Assembly: GCA_040006915.1 (NCBI GenBank)
Contig: JBDTWD010000006.1
Location: 1,897-65,896 of the forward strand
DNA: 64,000 nt
Reading direction: 5' to 3'
Origin: Candidatus Woesebacteria bacterium
GTDB lineage: Bacteria > Patescibacteriota > Microgenomatia > UBA1400 > UBA12028
Numbering within the stretch: position 1 is the first letter of the stretch; the number at the start of each line of letters is the position of its first letter. Made by a program: the position numbers and the translations under genes. Below are positions 57,313-64,000 of the stretch, piece after piece. The notes under the pieces were generated by a model that searched no databases, was not told the DNA's origin, and worked only from the letters and a program-made list of their open reading frames with translations.

Positions 57313-59622
57313 TTAAAAGTCTCGCTGTCCACGGTATCCACCGTTACCACCGCGATCTCGTTCGCCATTGCCGAAGTCATGAGATCCACCGCCCCGTGAA
57401 GGGCCACGTCCTCCACCCCCCTGTGGCCTCCCACCCCGATCACCGCCTCTAAATCCGCCTCCTTGTGGTCGACCTCCTCTATCTCCGCCTTCTCGTGGTC
57501 CACCCCCCTGTGAGGCTTTGGCAGCTTCTTGCTCTTTGGTCAACATGGTGAGGTTGTAGCGACCTTGATCATCAACTTCAGTTAATCGTACGTGAACACT
57601 GTCACCTAAATGAGCAACATCGTTGGCATCAGCAATATAGTCTGGTCCCATTCTCGAGACATGGACTAACCCTTCACGTCCTGGCAAGAATTCAACGAAT
57701 ACGCCAAAGCTTTCGACTCTGGTAATGATTCCATCAAATTCTTCTCCTGGATCAACTGATCGCATCATGCCAGCAATCCATGAACGAGCTGCTTCAATCT
57801 TCTCGGCATCATCAGATGAGATATTTACGATTCCAACGTTGCGTTCTTCATCTTCGTCTACATCGACTTGAGCCCCCGTGGTCGCAATGATATTTTTGAT
57901 CACTTTGCCACCTGGTCCAATCAATTCACCTATACGCTCTTGTGGGATCTCCAATTGCACAATCTTTGGTGCATATTTCGAGAGTTCTTTACGTGGTTCA
58001 GGGATCGCGGCAAGCATCTTGTCCAAGATGAAGAGTCGGGCCTCACGAGCTTGTTTTAAAGCCTTATGCATGACTTCCATTGGGATACCTTTGATCTTGA
58101 TATCCATTTGCATCGCAGTCACCCCTTCGGTCGTTCCTGCAACTTTAAAGTCCATGTCTCCGACATGATCTTCTAACCCTTGGATATCAGACAAAATAGC
58201 GTACTTGCCTTTCCCATCGCTCATCAGACCCATAGCAATTCCTGCTACTGGTCGTTTGATTGGGACACCTGCAGCCATCAGTGACATGGTACTGCCACAG
58301 ACCGATGCTTGTGAGGTACTTCCATTACTACTCATAATTTCTGACACCACCTGGATGGTGTATGGGAAATCTTTTTGTGATGGGATCATTGGCAAAAGCG
58401 CTCGTTCTGCCAAGGCTCCATGTCCGACTTCTCGGCGCTTTGGGGCACCGAATCGACCCGTTTCACCTGATGCATACGGAGGCATGTTGTAGTGATGTAT
58501 GTAGTGGCGTTCCTCTTCACCTTCTGCATCTTCAATCAGTTGTCCCATTGATGGGGCACCTAACGTGGTGATGGTTAAAGCTTGAGTGGCACCGCGCTTG
58601 AACATGGCACTTCCATGGACACGTGGGAGCAAGTCAACTTCACAAGTAATGGGACGAATTTCAGTCAGCTTTCGATCATCAGGACGAATATCGTCTTCCA
58701 AGATCATGCGTCGACCTTCTTCTTTCATTAAGTTGTAGAAAGCGTGTTTGACATCAGCCTCGCGCTCTACAAAGTCTGGTTGCTCAATTAAAATCTTGGC
58801 AATCACTTCTTCCAATCCAGTTGGCTTTAAGTTTGCTTCTAGTTTCACCATTTTGATGAGTTCATCATGATGAGAAACACGGAAAGCATCTTGGAGCTCA
58901 GTTTGTTCTGGCTCTGGGATGAATTCAAATTTCTTTTTGCCGATATCTTTGACCATTTCTCCAATTTCGTTTGCCATCGTGGAGAGTTGGGCTTGTCCTT
59001 CATCAAAGGCTCGCAACATAATTTCTTCACTGACTTCATTGGCTCCAGCTTCAACCATTACAATCGCTTCAGCGTTTCCACAGAGGATCAAATCCATCTG
59101 ACTTTTGGCGCGGTCTTCATGAGTTGGATTGAAAACGAATGAATCAGTCTCACTCATGTATCCAATACGCAGACCAGCAACTGGTCCATCGAATGGAACG
59201 GTAGAGATTGATGCAGCAGCACAGGAAGCGACGAGCGCCACCATATCAGCATCATTTTGCATATCAACTGACAATACAGTGGCAATACATTGCACTTCAT
59301 TGGTCAGTCCTTCAGCAAACATTGGTCGCAAAGTACGATCAATGACACGACCTTTGAGAATCATTTCATCAGTTGGTCTACCATCTCGTTTGACCCAACG
59401 ACTACCTTTAATACGTCCACCCGCATACAGTTTTTCTGCATACTCAACGGACAACGGAAAATACCCTAAGCTGGCTGGTTTTCCTAACGCAAAGGTAACG
59501 TGCACGACAGTCTCACCACAAGTGGCAAGAATCGCAGCATCGACTTGTTCGGAAAATCGTCCGACTTCGAGGGTTATGGTTTTATCACCGACATGAATGT
59601 CTTTGGTGTAGAACTTTGACAT
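57313..59622 (-). CDS. pnp: polyribonucleotide nucleotidyltransferase with C-terminal RGG-rich tail
   Basis: Start at MSKFYTKDIHVGD. Two RNase PH domains, KH (IGPGGKVIKNI), S1 (GIITRVESFGVFVEF), then about 60 aa of GGDRGGRPQGGGFRGGDRGGRPQGGGGRG. Confidence 0.9.
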   Translation of the reverse strand: MSKFYTKDIHVGDKTITLEVGRFSEQVDAAILATCGETVVHVTFALGKPASLGYFPLSVEYAEKLYAGGRIKGSRWVKRDGRPTDEMILKGRVIDRTLRPMFAEGLTNEVQCIATVLSVDMQNDADMVALVASCAAASISTVPFDGPVAGLRIGYMSETDSFVFNPTHEDRAKSQMDLILCGNAEAIVMVEAGANEVSEEIMLRAFDEGQAQLSTMANEIGEMVKDIGKKKFEFIPEPEQTELQDAFRVSHHDELIKMVKLEANLKPTGLEEVIAKILIEQPDFVEREADVKHAFYNLMKEEGRRMILEDDIRPDDRKLTEIRPITCEVDLLPRVHGSAMFKRGATQALTITTLGAPSMGQLIEDAEGEEERHYIHHYNMPPYASGETGRFGAPKRREVGHGALAERALLPMIPSQKDFPYTIQVVSEIMSSNGSTSQASVCGSTMSLMAAGVPIKRPVAGIAMGLMSDGKGKYAILSDIQGLEDHVGDMDFKVAGTTEGVTAMQMDIKIKGIPMEVMHKALKQAREARLFILDKMLAAIPEPRKELSKYAPKIVQLEIPQERIGELIGPGGKVIKNIIATTGAQVDVDEDEERNVGIVNISSDDAEKIEAARSWIAGMMRSVDPGEEFDGIITRVESFGVFVEFLPGREGLVHVSRMGPDYIADANDVAHLGDSVHVRLTEVDDQGRYNLTMLTKEQEAAKASQGGGPREGGDRGGRPQGGGFRGGDRGGRPQGGGGRGPSRGGGSHDFGNGERDRGGNGGYRGQRDF

Positions 59623-59779
59623 ATACGTGTATATTGCAGTCTGACTAAATCCCAGACTGTTCCTTATATAAATAATGTATAAAACAAAACAATGTGTTTT
59701 TTGGAAGAGAATGAAGAGTTCAATCGTACACGTCACTTTGGACGTACATGAGCGAAATCTTTATTCCCTTGTAAACACT

Positions 59780-60052
59780 TTAAATTCTCTTTCCGTTTCT
59801 CAGCAGATACATACTCGCAGCATTTCCAATATGCCCGGTTTCTTCAATTTCAACTTCGTAGTCCTTAACGGGATATCTCCCATCCGCCAATGCTCGTAGA
59901 GTCAAATTCCCTTTATTCCCTGCCGGAACTATTATTGGAATCGCTCTTTCTCCATTTGTCGGAATGTAGTGAATTTTGAAACGATCTTTCTCTCTTCCTC
60001 CTGAATGTTTTAATATTTCAACTGACTCAATCTGATGTACTTTTAATGCCAT
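59780..60052 (-). CDS. hypothetical protein
   Basis: 90 aa, inserted between rpsO and pnp; no motif recognised. Confidence 0.35.
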   Translation of the reverse strand: MALKVHQIESVEILKHSGGREKDRFKIHYIPTNGERAIPIIVPAGNKGNLTLRALADGRYPVKDYEVEIEETGHIGNAASMYLLRNGKRI

Positions 60053-60142
60053 ATATAAAAATATATCACAAACACTTTACGACCTTCCTATGTGAGACCC
60101 AGATTCTTTGCTCTACCTGACCGCTTCAGTTATAGTATTTTT

Positions 60143-60742
60143 TTATTGCCCTGTATATTCTTTCTTAATTGTAACAGTCATTGAACTTATAGCCGCAAAA
60201 CTTTTATTGATTCTGCCACAAATAAGATGATTTTGTAGGAGAACACTCTCCTGTATTACAATCCTAATCTCTGTTAATAACTTCTCTGCATTATCAGCAT
60301 TAGGAATTCTTAATTGCCCTTTTAACACAGCTTGGATAAGGAATGTTTCGCTATTTCCTCGAAGAGCGCGAGCAAGTGCTTCTACAGCATAGGGAACAAA
60401 ATCTTTATTTTTAGACGGAACACTTAAAAGAACTCGTCTTAACTCCTGTTGTAGTTTTTCTGCTAATTGATCCCGTTCTACAGGTTTTTCCTCAACCTTT
60501 AGAGGTTGTGGTGGTTGAATAACGTCCGATTCTACTTTTCCTCTACGATGTTGAAGATGACCTGGAAAAACCGCTTGTCGCCGTCTTTGTCTTCCAAACT
60601 TTCCTCCGGCTTTTGCAAAAGCTCCTCCATGTTCGCCACGTTCTCTTGGGTTTCCCAACGGATCATCGGTCGCCGAATCTGCATCTCCAACAGGAAGACT
60701 TTTACTCTCGCTTGCAATAATAGGGCCGAATTCTCTAGGCAT
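60143..60742 (-). CDS. hypothetical protein with Arg/Gly-rich N-terminal half
   Basis: 199 aa. The N-terminal region GGAFAKAGGKFGRQRRRQ is low-complexity; the C-terminal roughly 100 aa look like a folded helical domain. Confidence 0.35.
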   Translation of the reverse strand: MPREFGPIIASESKSLPVGDADSATDDPLGNPRERGEHGGAFAKAGGKFGRQRRRQAVFPGHLQHRRGKVESDVIQPPQPLKVEEKPVERDQLAEKLQQELRRVLLSVPSKNKDFVPYAVEALARALRGNSETFLIQAVLKGQLRIPNADNAEKLLTEIRIVIQESVLLQNHLICGRINKSFAAISSMTVTIKKEYTGQ

Positions 60743-60746
60743 ACTA

Positions 60747-61016
60747 CTATTTACTTAAGTTCAATTTTGCCAAAACTTCTTTGGCACGTTTCTCATCCTT
60801 ACGGACCAAGAAATTGACCAAGCGACGTCGTTTGGCAACCATTTTTAAGAGTCCTTTACGGGAATGATTATCTTTCTTGTGTTTCTTCAAGTGCTCTGTC
60901 AAATCATTAACCTGATAAGTCAAAAGTGCAATTTGCACCTCTGGTGATCCGGTGTCGCCTTCTTTGGTGGCGAAGTCGGTCATGATTTTTTGTTTGGCTG
61001 TTTTATCGAGAGCCAT
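60747..61016 (-). CDS. rpsO: 30S ribosomal protein S15
   Basis: 89 aa. [31 protein letters not shown] is the canonical S15 sequence. Confidence 0.9.
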   Translation of the reverse strand: MALDKTAKQKIMTDFATKEGDTGSPEVQIALLTYQVNDLTEHLKKHKKDNHSRKGLLKMVAKRRRLVNFLVRKDEKRAKEVLAKLNLSK

Positions 61017-61138
61017 ATGGTGTATCCTCCCTTGCTATCCGAGTAAAAAACCCAAGATAGAAAGTATCACTAACTATATAAGACCCATAGTATACCAGAG
61101 GCGAAGAGGATATTCAAATGGCACTCCTCGTTAGAACC

Positions 61139-61429
61139 TTAATCTTCCATTTTTTCATTTTCATTCGCTCGAAGATACGCAGGGTCTTTCTTTCCGTAAT
61201 AGAGGCTTCCATCCACTATATCTATATAAAAAGGATCTCCAATATTCAGATTGTCCCACATGTCATTCCAAAAACCAACAATTCCTGGAACCAAAGGAAT
61301 GAGTAAATCCTGGCTAGAACCCTCAAACACTAATCGAACAGTCATCTCTTCCATTTCCATTCCAGCAATAATATTTTTGCCAACAAATGGTCGATAGGCT
61401 TCGAACTTCTTAAGAATATCAACAGGCAT
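61139..61429 (-). CDS. hypothetical protein
   Basis: 96 aa, no motif. Confidence 0.35.
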   Translation of the reverse strand: MPVDILKKFEAYRPFVGKNIIAGMEMEEMTVRLVFEGSSQDLLIPLVPGIVGFWNDMWDNLNIGDPFYIDIVDGSLYYGKKDPAYLRANENEKMED

Positions 61430-61431
61430 AG

Positions 61432-62376
61432 TTATCCTTTCAATTCACCAGTAGCAGAATATCCGGCAGGCATGGTTCCCCCCGCTTGAGCGGTTTTGGA
61501 TAAGGCTGCAGCGAATGGGTTGTTGTTCGCAGGCACTGGTGTAGAAGCAGGGGCTGAGGAATTTCCACTTACTACTGGCTGTGTTGCACTGTTCCCTAGA
61601 AATGGCATTTGATTGGGACTCAAAGTCCCCTGTTGCCCAACTGGTTGACGCTTGCCACCAGCACGCAGAAGAGCGGCTACGGTCTCAAATGTATCAGCAC
61701 TGACGGTTGGACTATTCAAGCTTTGGGTAATGGAATCAAGGCCATACAAGAAATTTGAAGCACTATCATTCTCCAAAGGGAGATCTAGCTGCACACATAC
61801 ATTGGCTACCATCTCAGCCAAACTACTCATCCCGCTGGCATCAGCATGAAACTGGGCATAAGTTCCAACTGGAAACAAGGTAAAGGCAATAGTAAATGAT
61901 CCTTCGATCACATTGCGTTCTTCTTCATAGAAAGAACCGATATCAGTGTATCCATTCACTCCAATCAAAAAGGTCGCATCCGCTTCAACCCCAGCATAGT
62001 CAAATGCGACTGTGGCTGGATCTAACGCACTCACTCCCGTCTTTGGCGCAATCACTAAATTAAATCGCTTACCGTCATCACTAATGGTGTAGCTGACTTT
62101 TTCGACTTTGTCTTCATTATAGTCAAATGACACGACTAAATTTCGGTTGCCAATCTTTTTCTTCACTTCATCAACGCCGACTAATCTTGAAAATTCCACT
62201 CGCATGTCAGCCGGACAGGCAATTTGGACATCAATTCCTTTTTTGCGTAGCACTAAAAATAACCCCAGGGCGGAGGCCGCGGAGTCAATATTGGGAGTAC
62301 TACTCATTAAAATAAGCGCTTTATGGATTGAAGAAATCTTTTCTTTTAGTGAATCAAGCGAAGGAACGGACTTCAT
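61432..62376 (-). CDS. DHH-superfamily-like protein with degenerate catalytic motifs
   Basis: NrnA-like length and layout (N-terminal alpha/beta domain, later GG-containing region), but the DHH motif position reads SST/NID. Start set at MKSVPS (AGGA 9 nt upstream); the ORF extends to 62412. Confidence 0.4.
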   Translation of the reverse strand: MKSVPSLDSLKEKISSIHKALILMSSTPNIDSAASALGLFLVLRKKGIDVQIACPADMRVEFSRLVGVDEVKKKIGNRNLVVSFDYNEDKVEKVSYTISDDGKRFNLVIAPKTGVSALDPATVAFDYAGVEADATFLIGVNGYTDIGSFYEEERNVIEGSFTIAFTLFPVGTYAQFHADASGMSSLAEMVANVCVQLDLPLENDSASNFLYGLDSITQSLNSPTVSADTFETVAALLRAGGKRQPVGQQGTLSPNQMPFLGNSATQPVVSGNSSAPASTPVPANNNPFAAALSKTAQAGGTMPAGYSATGELKG

Positions 62377-62425
62377 TGTGGTTGATCCTAACACAGTAGA
62401 GAAAAGATGCAAGAGAAAAGAACAA

Positions 62426-62453
62426 GGCCAGGTACGTACAAGACGTCCTGGCC
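62426..62453 (-). terminator. GC-rich hairpin (GGCCAGG-14 nt-CCTGGCC), candidate terminator/attenuator
   Basis: Perfect 7-bp GC stem. On the minus strand it is followed by a T-rich tract (TTGTTCTTTTCTCTTGCATCTTTTCTC) ahead of the downstream gene start. Confidence 0.35.
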
Positions 62454-62743
62454 GATGTTATGGAAATGAGGAGGTGAAACTTCTACCAAGCTTGGTTATT
62501 AAATGCTGCCATTAGGCAAACACTCACGAACCCCACTACGATGAAGCCCATTATCACTATTAATATCTCCACTAGACCTTCTCCTTTTGCATATATGTCC
62601 CTGCTATCGCAAACGACAGCAAGACAGATTAGTGTTTCCACACACTATTATAGGCCATATTTGAGCTTTTTTCAAGTATTGAGGGGGGATAAAGGGAAGG
62701 AGTACCCCTGTACCTTAAGCACAGGGATACTCCAACAACACAA

Positions 62744-63118
62744 CTATGGAGATGAATAACACACCACCGTATATCTTGACCCCACACGGATATGAATTCG
62801 ATCCTCGTCTCTGGTAAAAAACACAGCGGTATCACCATGACGAGCAACGACCGGAAAATCCGAAAACACTGTCCGTTTAGGGGCGCTACTCGCTACCCAC
62901 CTCTCCAAGTCCCAGTCGTACCTGTAAGTATTACCCTCAGGTCCATAGACAAGGACATATGCATCGGTTCCTGAGGAACCAATGCCGAAAATAGACTGTT
63001 GCCCACACTCATCGAATGGAGACGTCAACAGCGAGATGAGTATTACTACTGCTGCCGCCAGCCCTACGAGGGCTACTACTACCCATAGAATCTTGGGATT
63101 CTTCAGATGAGTCACCAT
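62744..63118 (-). CDS. hypothetical membrane-anchored protein
   Basis: 124 aa with N-terminal TM helix ILWVVVALVGLAAAVVILISLL. Confidence 0.4.
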   Translation of the reverse strand: MVTHLKNPKILWVVVALVGLAAAVVILISLLTSPFDECGQQSIFGIGSSGTDAYVLVYGPEGNTYRYDWDLERWVASSAPKRTVFSDFPVVARHGDTAVFFTRDEDRIHIRVGSRYTVVCYSSP

Positions 63119-63310
63119 CTATCTACCTCTTTCTGTTGTGTTGGAAAAGGACTGTGGCCACAGAAATCAGATGCTTACATCTGCTCTCCATGATCACAAA
63201 TACGAGAGCTAGTATATCCCTAGAACCGTCAAAATTCAATACTATAGGATAAAACAGAGCGGCCCGATGTATAGTCGGACCGCCTATATTCTTCGTTTTG
63301 TACTATCTAT

Positions 63311-64000
63311 CTAGATTGGGCATGCCCCACTGGCACACTTTAAGCTATCCAGATCAATATCTTCTTTCAGATCGTCATCCTCTTGGATTTCATTGACTAC
63401 TTTCATGAAATCAACACTGGTGACTGGCTGCTCTGGCTGATATTCATACGCTGAAGCATCAGTCTGTGGCATCACGGAACAGCATTTCACTTGCGACTGA
63501 TACATCCGTACCATCTTGGAAAAATCTTTGAAATTCACTTTCTTGGGATCGTACTTTAAGGTATAACTGACTTGGTTACCGGTATCTTCCAAAGGCTCTC
63601 CGCTTTCATCCACACCTTGGATCCAATACTTCTCCAACAAAATCAGCCACTTGTACTGCTCTTCTGGCTTGGCTTCAGCTGCAGTAATTAAGGCTCCATC
63701 CATTCCTAACTTACAAATCTCAGGTTGAGTTGGAAAGCCAATGACCGTGGTTCCTGAGTATGATTTCAGTTCCTTGGTAGGATATCCCATCTTTTTATAT
63801 TTTTTGACCAATGGATCATCATTTCGAAACTGTACCCAGCGAATGTATTCGCGCATCGATGGTAAGTGAGCCCCTTCAGTCAAACCAAAGAGTTTACTGG
63901 TGGTCCCAGCTGGCTTGATAGTGGTATTGGTATGTGGAGTAGTCACTCCCATGTGCTTACTATATGTTGCGGCTTCCTCCACCACTGCCCGCTTAAATCG
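63311..64000 (-). CDS. nrdJ: adenosylcobalamin-dependent (class II) ribonucleotide reductase, C-terminal part (5' end beyond window)
   Basis: C-terminal redox tail ..CASGACPI* and upstream region typical of NrdJ; the ORF is open to the window edge. Confidence 0.6.
   Translation of the reverse strand, partial: RFKRAVVEEAATYSKHMGVTTPHTNTTIKPAGTTSKLFGLTEGAHLPSMREYIRWVQFRNDDPLVKKYKKMGYPTKELKSYSGTTVIGFPTQPEICKLGMDGALITAAEAKPEEQYKWLILLEKYWIQGVDESGEPLEDTGNQVSYTLKYDPKKVNFKDFSKMVRMYQSQVKCCSVMPQTDASAYEYQPEQPVTSVDFMKVVNEIQEDDDLKEDIDLDSLKCASGACPI

Noticed and set aside
59681-59706. AAAACA-ATG-TGTTTT hairpin with T-run between pnp and the upstream gene
   Set aside because: The stem is almost entirely A/T and only 6 bp, which is too weak to call a terminator with confidence.
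62541-62759. 72-aa plus-strand ORF in the structured intergenic region
   Set aside because: No SD, Ser/Thr/Tyr-rich odd composition, and it spans the hairpins. It is more likely non-coding.

Overview
This is a 64-kb, fairly AT-rich bacterial chromosomal window, densely coding on both strands. I found no rRNA, CRISPR array, transposase or integrase.

Gene content in order:
- A zinc-ribbon membrane protein that runs off the window start.
- AlkA-type DNA glycosylase and a minimal nucleotidyltransferase.
- A glycolytic operon (gpmI, a HAD hydrolase, eno) with a LuxR-type HTH gene upstream.
- An RND efflux pump with its membrane-fusion adaptor.
- A two-component cluster: an OmpR-type regulator convergent with a PAS histidine kinase plus a stand-alone receiver.
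- msrB-msrA.
- A split (archaeal-style) transketolase.
- A divergent HD-domain / SET-domain gene pair.
- RadC/JAB, an M20 peptidase, an Ogt-like MGMT, a beta-CASP RNase, a Znf-UBP protein and a Rieske protein.
- About 22 kb of small accessory genes: six VOC/glyoxalase paralogues, two SDRs, a FAD/BBE oxidase, many DUF families (DUF1761, DUF1905, DUF1801 x2, DUF2164, DUF2975 with a YozG-type HTH, DUF1059, DUF1697, DUF2200, YdeI), NUDIX, GNAT, PAP2, TPR, a ferritin-like diiron protein and a topoisomerase IB.

This accessory block ends at the only RNA gene seen, a tRNA-Asn(GUU) split by a 202-nt group I self-splicing intron in the anticodon loop. The group I P1, P2, P3, P5, P7, P8 and P9 pairings and the omega-G can all be read directly from the sequence. 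This is the most notable feature of the window.

Downstream of the tRNA:
- An endonuclease V-peroxiredoxin (Bcp) fusion ORF.
- A roughly 1100-aa O-antigen-ligase-like membrane protein.
- A DEAD-box helicase with an N-terminal RGG/SYGG tail and a PNPase with a C-terminal RGG tail.
- rpsO separated from pnp by two unusual inserted genes.
- A degenerate DHH-like protein.
- The C-terminal end of a class II (B12) ribonucleotide reductase, which continues past the window end.

All calls are from reading the translations and sequence by eye; no database search was run.
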